IMG/VR virus record: IMGVR_UViG_3300020044_007580
Coordinates: 4,257-68,256 of that record
From: a virus
DNA length: 64,000 nt
Strand: one strand, 5' to 3'
Below are positions 28,453 to 38,166 of this stretch, one piece after another (the first letter of the stretch is position 1; each line of letters begins with the position of its first letter). A model generated the notes under the pieces. The model did not search any database, was not told the DNA's origin, and saw only the letters and a program-made list of their open reading frames with translations. The translations under genes and the position numbers were made by a program.

Positions 28453-29280
28453 ATGCCATACACAATGCAGTCATATCAGGATGAGGTTGCGCTGAGGTTA
28501 TCCCGTTATCAGGTATCGCTTGAGCTTGACGCTGGTACGCTTGAGATGATGGTCAATCGTGCACGACGTGACGTGCAGCTAGCTACGCTGCAGATGTTCC
28601 CTGAGCGGTACGCTGCAATCATCAACTTGAATCTTGTGTCGGGCAACACCGCAACTCAGGTTCCTGAGTATACAAACACGGTCCCAAGATTCGGGGCCAG
28701 TGTAGTCAATACGGTATGGCGGATTCAGTTGCCCGACGACTATGTCCAAATTCATTCTGTGTTGGTCGATACTCCTAACGGAGAAACTCCGGCATACTGG
28801 GAGGCGCGAGAAGTCAACAAGACAGAGCTGTATGGAGCGATGCGCAATCAGAACCAGATGCCAACATCGACCGATCCGATTTACTGTATTGAAAAGGATC
28901 CGGACAATGCGCGCCATCATATCTATGTCTCTAAGGGAGCTAGTGCAGTTAGTCCTAGTCAGGTACGGATATGGTATCAGAAGGCGCTAAAGTACTTGCA
29001 GCTAGTAGGTGCCGGAGGTCAACCAGACCAAGAGGTGAACATGAGCTATGAGTATGAAGAAATGGTTGTCCTGCAAACGATGCTGCAAGCGCTAAAGAAA
29101 ACCAACTTCCTGGTTGCCAAGCAGGTGATACAGGGTGACATGGAGTCTCTGCTTACCGAGGTAGAGTCTAACTACAATGCGACCGTCGACAAGCGCGGAC
29201 TGTTGCTGCCTAGTAGAGCTGGCCTTTACCCTGGCACGGCTATCCCGGACAGACCTAACAATGGGCTGACACCACAATAA
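28453..29280 (+). CDS. Tail adaptor/ring protein, paralog 4
   Basis: MVNRARRDV, LPDDY, MSYEYEEMVV; clearly related to paralog 3. Confidence 0.65.
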   Translation: MPYTMQSYQDEVALRLSRYQVSLELDAGTLEMMVNRARRDVQLATLQMFPERYAAIINLNLVSGNTATQVPEYTNTVPRFGASVVNTVWRIQLPDDYVQIHSVLVDTPNGETPAYWEAREVNKTELYGAMRNQNQMPTSTDPIYCIEKDPDNARHHIYVSKGASAVSPSQVRIWYQKALKYLQLVGAGGQPDQEVNMSYEYEEMVVLQTMLQALKKTNFLVAKQVIQGDMESLLTEVESNYNATVDKRGLLLPSRAGLYPGTAIPDRPNNGLTPQ

Positions 29281-29290
29281 GGACAAGTAA

Positions 29291-30022
29291 ATGACAACGT
29301 GGAAAGAACTGTTCGATGACTTTACAAGCGACAACCTGTTGTTCCAGGAGCGTGTGCCTATTACTCCGCGTCAGTTCATGCGCTGGGCTGCTGAAGGGCG
29401 AATGAAAACGCAGCGTCGTACCAGACTGTCAGACAACTTCAAGACGCTGACGGCTTCTGGGGGCGCGTATAACATTGGCGACGATGTACTGCAAATCATA
29501 ACGGCATATGATAGCGACAAGCAGGAGATGGTACTTACCTCTATGCTGCAAAACTCTATGATACGTGAGCATGATATGCTTGGCGTCAATGAGGTGCCGT
29601 ACAACTGGTCGTTGCGCCGCGATCCTCTATACATCAAGAACTGGGGCAATGAGTCTCGAACATTCTATCTCGACTCTGACTACACAATCAAAGTACACCC
29701 GGACAATGGTCAGGATATTACTCTGCACTATAACGTAGACTATCACCCATTCAGCTCATCGTCTAGCCAGTGGGCTCCCTGGTTTGTTTCTGACGCTGCT
29801 TTTGAAAACTTGTTTCAGACTACAGTCGATGCTCCAGAGCTCATGCAGTTCAATGAGGCGATCTTGGCTTATACTGGTATGAAGTACCACAAGAGCATAC
29901 AGAGCGAGATGTGGAAGGTATACGCAGCTGAGTATGGAGAGGTAATCAATGCAATCAATACGAACAAGCCGGTATACTACACCAATGGAACGGCGCCGTA
30001 CAATTTAGGACCAATACAGTAA
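29291..30022 (+). CDS. Tail adaptor/ring protein, paralog 5
   Basis: MTT..EL.D N-terminus, F.EAILAY C-terminal helix, similar size and position. Confidence 0.55.
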   Translation: MTTWKELFDDFTSDNLLFQERVPITPRQFMRWAAEGRMKTQRRTRLSDNFKTLTASGGAYNIGDDVLQIITAYDSDKQEMVLTSMLQNSMIREHDMLGVNEVPYNWSLRRDPLYIKNWGNESRTFYLDSDYTIKVHPDNGQDITLHYNVDYHPFSSSSSQWAPWFVSDAAFENLFQTTVDAPELMQFNEAILAYTGMKYHKSIQSEMWKVYAAEYGEVINAINTNKPVYYTNGTAPYNLGPIQ

Positions 30023-33000
30023 TGCCTTACGAGAAGCAGAACATACCGGCGTTTGAAGGCCTGAATATGGGCATTGAGCCCGACGCCATCAAGGATACGC
30101 AGGCAGCAGACATGCTCAACCTGCGTTTCACCAAACTTGGCTATCTGGTCAATCGCAATGGCGTGCGTGCTTTTGAGTTTGACCACTATACTTCTCCTGT
30201 TCTTCCAGACATAGCAAAGATCAGTGGTGCGACAGCAATCGGAGAGTTCATCTTGTCGGCGCCTGTAACCGACAAGGTTGACTTTGAGCCACGTGGCAAC
30301 GCGGTTGTTGCATCTGTAATCAATGCGTCGCACTCGTACCCACTTGCATCATATGACCGGTTCATGGTGTATGGGTTACGCTGTAGCTATCTGTCTGAGC
30401 CGCAGAAGGCAAGGCTAGTGTATGTCCTTGTGCCAAACGCATATCTGCCAGAGTCTACGCAACAATGGCAGATTGACAACGATGCTAACGGAGCTCAGAC
30501 GCAGGGCGATTGCGTGTTCTTTTTACGCGCAGAGTATGCTGGTGATACTGAGGCGGCAAATGCAGCGGTGCCGGACCTATTAATGGCGCCGGCAAGGCGT
30601 ATGCTCCGTGGTGATTGGGTAAACTCTGGCACAGGGACGGTGCATGACCAAACGTGGGTAGAGCACTATCAGCGCATGACTCAGTATGGAAATGCTCTCG
30701 TCATTGCAGATAGACAGAACGGAGATCTAATCATACATGATAAGTGGGATGAAGCGGCAACTGGTCAAACCAAAGAGCACTTCCTGCGCATGCAAGAGAA
30801 TGCAAATGCATTCTTTGATGTAGATGTAGTCAAGGTAGACTTCCAGCTTGCGTCAGGAGAAGAGAACGGGCGCGGGGTCGAGAATGGCATGGGGTTGTAC
30901 AGATACTATCTACAGAGAAAATCATCTGTATATACGATAGATAACTACGCACCTTCACCATATGATTCGCAGGTTGGCGACGAGCTCCTAGCAGGTAGTG
31001 GCCCAACATATGCATGGGCTGAGCAGTATTCTGCGTTCAAGAGCGCATTCTTATCTGGATTTAACATTACAGACGATGGAGCAACGGACGATGACTTGGC
31101 TAGAGGCGGAGTCGCTAAGGGTTTATTCAAAGATACGATAGGGAAGTCATATGTATTTTCTGATTACAACCAGCCAACCACAATAGACTCACTACTTGAT
31201 TCAGTCACTCAAAAAAACCCCGATCTGGCAACTACATATGATGAAGACGGAAACATCGTTAATAACAATGCGGCCGACGTTTTTGTATGGAACGATGTTA
31301 AGCTGACATACTACCCGTGCACAGGGTCCGACCAAACATCAAAATTTTTGACTGCTAAAGATCGGGCATGGAGCAAGAAGCAGCCAACTACTCCAAGGAT
31401 TGTAGAGTTGTCAACAAAGTCTGGCATAAAGCAACGCGTGTCGCTTGGCGTATGGGCGTACAGATATGTATGGGTGCTTGGCAACCAGGAGTACAGCTCC
31501 CCAAGCGCACCAATGTTTGTTCCGGATAAACTATGGAGCTGTGTAAAAGATTCTCCGACCTTATCAAGACCACAATTAATTGAGCCTGTGCATGTAGAGT
31601 ATACACACGACAAGGTTCACAGAACATATCTCGGCCTTAATGTAAGTGGAACTAATAATTGGGGTGAGTCGCTTTTGTTTACCACGGATTTGTGTGTGGC
31701 TTCTGGTAGTGATTACGAGAAGATCATAACCGCAATCAAGTCTGGTCTATACGACAATGACCATGTATATGGCCCAAGTTCTCTCAATATAAACAAGCAA
31801 GTACTATCGACAGTGACGTCTAATGGGCCTGTCAAAAAACTTAACGGCACCTTCATGTCTGGGTATCAGTTTGGCATCACCATTGATACGGACGGAGCAA
31901 ACAAGTATAAAATGGAGCTTAGCCATCATTATAAGGCTAGCTTAATTGTTCCCATAACAAGAACTATTAGCGATGAATTTACCAATGGATCTGTTTTCAC
32001 CGAAGCAATCAGCGGCAGCAATGGTGTAGTCGGTGGACTTTACCGCAAAGCGATGGTTGATAGCTCTGGTTATTGGCAAGATACATATCATGAATTTGTA
32101 TTTGAAGGCGCCAACAACACTTTTGCCGTGTCCAACGATGAATCATTCCAGTCTACTTTTGATTTGGATAGCATCAAGTACAAGAAAGATGTGTACTATA
32201 ACTTGATGATCCATAGGTCAGATAAGGGAGTATGGGATGGATTAACTGACCAGTACAGAATCCCTACGCTTTTAAGGTATGTGAATAATCAGGCTCATCG
32301 ACTTATTGCAACAAAACAAAGCGCTACACCTGAGGCAATATCGCGCCTTGTAGCAGAGGGGATAGCAGAGATAAAGCTGATGGATTATACCGACTGGGCT
32401 GTCTGTCGGTCGCAATTTTTTGGTTCATACGAGTATGATAACGTTCCAAATATCGACACAATGCTGCCTAGTAAAATAAGTACAACATTTAGCAGCAGAA
32501 GGTACGACCCAACGGTTCCGGATAGTATTGACGATGGCATTATGATTGTTCCGGATATATCCTACCAAGTGCCCGGCGTCCCAATTGGCGAGCAGTATGT
32601 GTCTTGGAACGGCGATGCTTCAAGCCGTGTGATGAATGTCTTTGCGCAGTATCAATATATACTGTCAGGCAAAAATGCAGCACAGCCATGGGTGGCTGGA
32701 ACTGGTGCCTATACTGGAACTGGGGCACCTGAAAAATGGTTTGAGCTGTCCAATGTACGGATAGCAATCCATCTTGAGGGCGAAAGGCTGTTGATCCCAG
32801 AGCAAGTGTCTTCGTTCTTCCCGTCGTCATTGCTCTTCAACGCACCTAGAGTTCAGCTGAATATTGATAAAGAGAACATACCAAAGCGTGCTACTGGCAT
32901 TATGATCTTCCGAACTCTTGCTACGCATGACAATGACTGGCAGCCTACCAAGTTTGGATTAGTCAAGCAAATCACGCTCGACAAAGATGCACAGGGAAGA

Positions 33001-34845
33001 AACGTTGACTTCTCATTCTTTGACGATGTTAAGGATACGGAGTTAGACTTTGTTACGACACCGGACGAGTTTGATGGAATTGTCAACCCGCTCAAATCTT
33101 TATTCGTCAAGCCATTGAAAGAAAAGGTTTGGTACGGCAACATTGTTGAAACATACCAACCGTATGCCCCTCGTGGATATGTCGATAATATAGAGAATGC
33201 GTCAGGGACAGGTCACGTAGAAGACCTATCTCCTAATGACTTAGTTCCATATAGTAAACTTGCCTCGTGGAAAGAGCTGGTCGTCGACAACACTCAAGAC
33301 AATCGTGATTTAGGATTCAAGGGGACGTTGCGCGGAAAGCTACACGAGTACTTTATCGTGTTCAAGGATTTGAACGGAGAGTACAGTCAGCCCAAGTTGA
33401 TCTCAGACAATGGTAACCCACAGTCAGTGGACTTCACTTCAGTTCCGTCCAACAAACTATGTGCTGTTGTGCTGATTTTGTCTGGCTATCCGTATAACGC
33501 CAGCATTGACAAGTGTGAGGTATACAGGCGTTCGTATACTTTTGCGGCAACAGGAGGCAAGACCGATCCGTACTTCTATAAGATCGGCGACATCAAAGCT
33601 GAAGACGAGGGGATATTCCTTGATGACGGCATTGAGGTCAACCCTGCTCAAAAGTGGGCGCAGTATGATGATACGGCAAATGAGTACCCAGTATCAACTC
33701 CAAGGGAGGATCGTCTCGAATCTAGCATAGCATGGAGCGAGTCCGGTCAACCGTCCTGGATCAAGTATGAGAACCGGTTTGCTTTCCGTGATGGCGATGG
33801 AGATCAGATTACTGGGATGGAAGTGATCTACTCCGAGCTTATAGTGTTCAAGGAACGCTCGATGCACCGGGTAACACTGGAGAACATCAGCAACAACATT
33901 GGGCGTGTCGAGGAAGTGTCTAATACTATTGGGTGCATAGCGCCGAATACGATCATTTGCTATGACAATACCATCTACTTCTTGTCCTGGCATGGGTTCA
34001 TGAAGTACGACAACAACGGCATAAGCAAGGTAGATGGCCCTTTTGCTATAGAGCTGAACGCACGTCTGCTAGAGGAGATGAACTCCGTTCGCAACCCGGC
34101 GATACGCGATGCGTCGGTAGCACTCAACTCCGCACACCGTGAGCTATACCTGAACATTCCGGCATATGCTGGTCGACCTGCTTATGACTATCGGGATGAA
34201 GGAGTGAAGGGCCATATTTATGTCCTGAATCTAGACAACCAGTTGGCAACCAAGTTTCAGTATGAAACAGGCGACAAGCAGATCTTTACGCCGCTAAGAG
34301 ACCCGGCATACCCAAGTACATCTGGTACTGATTATCGTACCATGGCGAGACTTTATCACACCAACTCTCTTGGTCAATTATGGTCGGCCGAAACATTGCC
34401 AAAGACCCCTTACGTAAGTTCAAAGGTGTATCTTGAAGCGCCTACAACGCGTGATTACGATGAGTTTCAGCCTGGCATTACATCTTCTGGATTGCCGGAA
34501 ACGGTATCCAAGATTGTGTCAGAGCCGGTTCGCTCATGGTGGAAGTCTAAAGAGTGGACTGGCGGAGACAAGTCTTTGCTGAAACGATTGCGTATGGTGA
34601 TTGCAAATCTTGCTAAGGGTACGAACCCGCGTATTGGGACGGAGTTCAATAATGACGACTACTCGGCAGAAGCTTACCGAGAGGCTATGTTCGGAGTGAC
34701 TGGTGAGCTCAAGGTAGTTCCTAGTCGCAGAGTTGAAGGTAGTGATCGTGGTGAGCGAATGACCATTCATATCGCTAGTGAAGGAGAGACTGAGATTCAG
34801 GGACTTGGATTCCACTGGAGAAAAGTCAATACATGGAATAGATAA
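30022..34845 (+). CDS. Tail nozzle/stabilisation protein (P22 gp10 / crAss muzzle-like)
   Basis: F.GLN......I.D.QA.D.LN.RF N-terminus; beta-propeller motifs IAWSE, GDQITG, LIVFKE, IGCIAPNTI, IYFLS. Confidence 0.75.
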   Translation: MPYEKQNIPAFEGLNMGIEPDAIKDTQAADMLNLRFTKLGYLVNRNGVRAFEFDHYTSPVLPDIAKISGATAIGEFILSAPVTDKVDFEPRGNAVVASVINASHSYPLASYDRFMVYGLRCSYLSEPQKARLVYVLVPNAYLPESTQQWQIDNDANGAQTQGDCVFFLRAEYAGDTEAANAAVPDLLMAPARRMLRGDWVNSGTGTVHDQTWVEHYQRMTQYGNALVIADRQNGDLIIHDKWDEAATGQTKEHFLRMQENANAFFDVDVVKVDFQLASGEENGRGVENGMGLYRYYLQRKSSVYTIDNYAPSPYDSQVGDELLAGSGPTYAWAEQYSAFKSAFLSGFNITDDGATDDDLARGGVAKGLFKDTIGKSYVFSDYNQPTTIDSLLDSVTQKNPDLATTYDEDGNIVNNNAADVFVWNDVKLTYYPCTGSDQTSKFLTAKDRAWSKKQPTTPRIVELSTKSGIKQRVSLGVWAYRYVWVLGNQEYSSPSAPMFVPDKLWSCVKDSPTLSRPQLIEPVHVEYTHDKVHRTYLGLNVSGTNNWGESLLFTTDLCVASGSDYEKIITAIKSGLYDNDHVYGPSSLNINKQVLSTVTSNGPVKKLNGTFMSGYQFGITIDTDGANKYKMELSHHYKASLIVPITRTISDEFTNGSVFTEAISGSNGVVGGLYRKAMVDSSGYWQDTYHEFVFEGANNTFAVSNDESFQSTFDLDSIKYKKDVYYNLMIHRSDKGVWDGLTDQYRIPTLLRYVNNQAHRLIATKQSATPEAISRLVAEGIAEIKLMDYTDWAVCRSQFFGSYEYDNVPNIDTMLPSKISTTFSSRRYDPTVPDSIDDGIMIVPDISYQVPGVPIGEQYVSWNGDASSRVMNVFAQYQYILSGKNAAQPWVAGTGAYTGTGAPEKWFELSNVRIAIHLEGERLLIPEQVSSFFPSSLLFNAPRVQLNIDKENIPKRATGIMIFRTLATHDNDWQPTKFGLVKQITLDKDAQGRNVDFSFFDDVKDTELDFVTTPDEFDGIVNPLKSLFVKPLKEKVWYGNIVETYQPYAPRGYVDNIENASGTGHVEDLSPNDLVPYSKLASWKELVVDNTQDNRDLGFKGTLRGKLHEYFIVFKDLNGEYSQPKLISDNGNPQSVDFTSVPSNKLCAVVLILSGYPYNASIDKCEVYRRSYTFAATGGKTDPYFYKIGDIKAEDEGIFLDDGIEVNPAQKWAQYDDTANEYPVSTPREDRLESSIAWSESGQPSWIKYENRFAFRDGDGDQITGMEVIYSELIVFKERSMHRVTLENISNNIGRVEEVSNTIGCIAPNTIICYDNTIYFLSWHGFMKYDNNGISKVDGPFAIELNARLLEEMNSVRNPAIRDASVALNSAHRELYLNIPAYAGRPAYDYRDEGVKGHIYVLNLDNQLATKFQYETGDKQIFTPLRDPAYPSTSGTDYRTMARLYHTNSLGQLWSAETLPKTPYVSSKVYLEAPTTRDYDEFQPGITSSGLPETVSKIVSEPVRSWWKSKEWTGGDKSLLKRLRMVIANLAKGTNPRIGTEFNNDDYSAEAYREAMFGVTGELKVVPSRRVEGSDRGERMTIHIASEGETEIQGLGFHWRKVNTWNR

Positions 34846-34860
34846 ACTGGAGCATAGACT

Positions 34861-37800
34861 ATGGCGTCGATATTGCCAATGAATTTTGAAGTGCTTAAGC
34901 AGCAGGCTGCTGCTCCGAATGCGCAGCTTTCGCAGGAACAAAAAGACTTTATCGACGCCTACATGTCCAGTCTTGGTCCGTCTGGTACAGCCCCAGCAGC
35001 CGCACCTCAGCAAACAAAAGCAGTACGGTCTGGAGACGTTGAGGGTCGTAGAGCATACGTCATGCAGGAGGGTCCGGTCGTGTATGCTGATCGTCCCGTC
35101 GAACCCGCTCCACAGGCAGTTACGGCGCCAGTAGAGACCGAACCTGCCGCTGTGCCCGCTGCCGCATCTGCGCCTGCACCCGCTCAGACTCAGACCGTAG
35201 CACCATCGGTTCCTGACGCTGTTGTCCAAAACGCAATGACGCAGATCAATCCAGAGATTGCTGGATTAAGCACGCCTGTGTATACGGCTCCGGTAATCCC
35301 AGCGTCGGTTATGCCACTACTACCCCGCGTACAAGATCTTTCTGCGAGACAGATGGCATCTATCCCTGCGCTGGCTGGACCTGGAGGTGGTCGTACACTT
35401 GCAGCAACACAGGACGAGATTCCTCCTCCTCCTGCATCGCAGAAGGTTGTCACTGTCCCAGACCAGAAGCGACAGCGTCGAGCTGGGGTTGAAACGGCGC
35501 CGCCGACGCAACCCGCAGTACCTCCGTCGACAACAGCACCAGCTGCACCAAAGGCTACTACGACACCTCCCGCTACTACGCCAGCGCCTAAGACTACTGC
35601 GCCTAAAGGCAAGACTCAGCCGCCTTCTGCAACGCCTCCTGTCGTTGCTCCAGGAACTACAGTTACACCCGAAGGCTCTGCAGAGCAAGCTCCGGCAGAA
35701 CCTCCGCGTGGGGCTATGTATTGGTACGATCAGATGTATCCGGAGAAAACCCCGGAGCAAATGCAGCAACGCGTAGATCGGGCTATTCAAGAGGGCGAGC
35801 CAGAACAGCGATATAAAGAAACAACCCCCGAGCTGCCTACACAGATCTGGAAGCGTCCTACGCAAGCTAAACCTCCTGCACAAGCTCCAAAGCCAGCGGA
35901 GCAAGGTGCGGCGCAGCCTAAGCCAACCTCAGCGCTTCCACCAACATTTCAGCAGTTAAAGCAGAACGTACAAGCTGCAACGAAGATAAGCCCCATAAAG
36001 TATGCAGACATGGGCGACGTGTCTTGGACCGGTGGGTCTATGCAGGTAGAGGTGGGTGGAGGAAATACTCTGCCTCTCAAGAAGTCGCCTTCAGGGTGGC
36101 AAGTGCAGATGGACGACCAGTGGGTTGATGTCGACAAGAATACGCCGCTTTATGATGCATTGCAAAAGAGCACGTCATCTGCACAATCCGCATTTGCACC
36201 AGTCGCGACCTACGGCAAGTATCCGTTGTATGGTGATCCGGAAACAGGGGCTGACTACAACCTAGGCAGCCAGCAATCCCCACTCCCGGTCAAAATGACT
36301 GTTGGTCCAGGATTGGTTCCGCAATTCATTGACAGCAGATATTCTGTAGGCAAAGGCAAAAGTATCGGCGATTACAGAGAAGTTGATCCTGAGACTCAAC
36401 AGCAAGGATTCCCGGAAGAACTGGTACCACAATTCCAGAAAGCGCATACACAGGCTGTGATGGCATTCCAGAATAGGATGGACAACTATGCTATGCTGCT
36501 TAACGATAATGGCAAGCCTGTTGTAGCATCTTATGATGAAGCGGTAAGTAGACTATCACAGCGACTAGACCCTGCGTACAACACGAAGATTGCAACCACT
36601 GGGTACATGCAGAAGCAGGAGTATGGGGACAAGATACAGGGGCAGGTAAAGTCAGTGCTTAAGCAGCTAGTAGACAGAAACGCAAAGCTCATGGGTATGG
36701 CAGCGGCCATGCAAGAAGTTGCCGAGCCTGACATAGATGTTGACATTGCAGAGTTAACATCTACAAGAGCAAGATCGTCGGCTGGAATGCAAGAGTCGCA
36801 AAGCGCAAGCGGATCGATTAGCAACATTGGTACTGATATAGACTATATCTTGGAACAAAGAGCCAAGGCTATAGTTATGGATGAGGTGTACCAAGGAAGT
36901 TCCAAGTTTGGCTTAGCGCTAGACAGTGGATACAGACCTGGTACGCTGGACCAAGATTACATAAGCCCTAACATGGTCGCTGCATATGCGCGAAAGCTTG
37001 TGGATGCATGGCCAGATCGACTTAAGAAGCTTGGATATAAGGAGCTGCAGGACCCAGCTGTAAACCCGGACTTGTTCTACAAGACTGTAAATTCCTTGCA
37101 ACAGTCTAAAGACCCGCAAGCTCCACAGCGGCTAGCTGATTTCTTGAGTGCTACGGTCGGAATGGATACAGAGATTACTGGTGGACAACCAATGGCTGCT
37201 AAGGTTAAGCCGTACAATATTGGCGTCACTGCTGTAGTTGCTCCAGAGTCAACAAACATACAGGGATCCGGAGCGGCAGCCGCTAAGGTAGATCGTAGTG
37301 AGTCAGCTCCGTCTGCTGGAAGGGCTAAAGTCCCTAGTGGATCGCCTCGTGATGCTGAAAACAATACGTTCAAAAGCGTCGACGAAGCTCTGGCTACTTA
37401 TTCTACATCGGCTCCAAAAACTATTGACACAGACGCACGCAATATGTACAACTTGCTTGCATATATGAAAGACCCGTCAATTCCCAATGCAAGTATTATG
37501 TCCGGTAGAGCTGATGCTGCACTGCGCGGTCTTCGTGCATTGTCTGACGCTGCTCGGACAAAGCCTGACTTTAATAAAACAGTTGGCAATGCTATGCAAG
37601 GGCATATGAATACGTTGCTTAGAAACATAGCTCTGTTATCCAATCAGTATGACGAAAGAACTAAGGAGTCAAAATTAACTACTCAAGTAGCACAAGACTT
37701 TTTGGAAGGAGTCAAGCTTGTATATGGAAGCAATTTACCTAAGTCAATTATGATTAAGGATAGCAAAGATGGAAAAGAAAGAATGATGAATGCAAATGAG

Positions 37801-38157
37801 CTCAAGGGAGTTCTGGCGTCAGCTAACAGTGTCGGTCTAGACTATGTCAATGTAGATTTGTCAAACAATCCTGGTGTTCAATATGTTGCAAATAGCATCA
37901 AGGGTTATAGCAACCCTGCTGGGTTTGACCCAACTGGAGCTAACGCTGACACTGCATATCAACAGTTAGGAGCATCTACATTCGGAGCTAGTGAGTTCGT
38001 GCGCAACATATATACATCGCTTGGCTTACCATATGCAGATGCACAAAGCACCAAATCGTTCATTAATCTTATGATGGCAAGGAAGTCAGCTAGTACAGTG
38101 GAGGGCGCTATTGAGTCGGTAAGAAAAGGCCAGGGCAAAGAGTATATCACACGTTAA
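34861..38157 (+). CDS. Large internal virion (cargo/ejection) protein
   Basis: 1098 aa, Pro/Ala/Thr-rich disordered N-terminal third, no Cys, directly after the nozzle. Confidence 0.6.
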   Translation: MASILPMNFEVLKQQAAAPNAQLSQEQKDFIDAYMSSLGPSGTAPAAAPQQTKAVRSGDVEGRRAYVMQEGPVVYADRPVEPAPQAVTAPVETEPAAVPAAASAPAPAQTQTVAPSVPDAVVQNAMTQINPEIAGLSTPVYTAPVIPASVMPLLPRVQDLSARQMASIPALAGPGGGRTLAATQDEIPPPPASQKVVTVPDQKRQRRAGVETAPPTQPAVPPSTTAPAAPKATTTPPATTPAPKTTAPKGKTQPPSATPPVVAPGTTVTPEGSAEQAPAEPPRGAMYWYDQMYPEKTPEQMQQRVDRAIQEGEPEQRYKETTPELPTQIWKRPTQAKPPAQAPKPAEQGAAQPKPTSALPPTFQQLKQNVQAATKISPIKYADMGDVSWTGGSMQVEVGGGNTLPLKKSPSGWQVQMDDQWVDVDKNTPLYDALQKSTSSAQSAFAPVATYGKYPLYGDPETGADYNLGSQQSPLPVKMTVGPGLVPQFIDSRYSVGKGKSIGDYREVDPETQQQGFPEELVPQFQKAHTQAVMAFQNRMDNYAMLLNDNGKPVVASYDEAVSRLSQRLDPAYNTKIATTGYMQKQEYGDKIQGQVKSVLKQLVDRNAKLMGMAAAMQEVAEPDIDVDIAELTSTRARSSAGMQESQSASGSISNIGTDIDYILEQRAKAIVMDEVYQGSSKFGLALDSGYRPGTLDQDYISPNMVAAYARKLVDAWPDRLKKLGYKELQDPAVNPDLFYKTVNSLQQSKDPQAPQRLADFLSATVGMDTEITGGQPMAAKVKPYNIGVTAVVAPESTNIQGSGAAAAKVDRSESAPSAGRAKVPSGSPRDAENNTFKSVDEALATYSTSAPKTIDTDARNMYNLLAYMKDPSIPNASIMSGRADAALRGLRALSDAARTKPDFNKTVGNAMQGHMNTLLRNIALLSNQYDERTKESKLTTQVAQDFLEGVKLVYGSNLPKSIMIKDSKDGKERMMNANELKGVLASANSVGLDYVNVDLSNNPGVQYVANSIKGYSNPAGFDPTGANADTAYQQLGASTFGASEFVRNIYTSLGLPYADAQSTKSFINLMMARKSASTVEGAIESVRKGQGKEYITR

Positions 38158-38166
38158 TTGTAAGCC

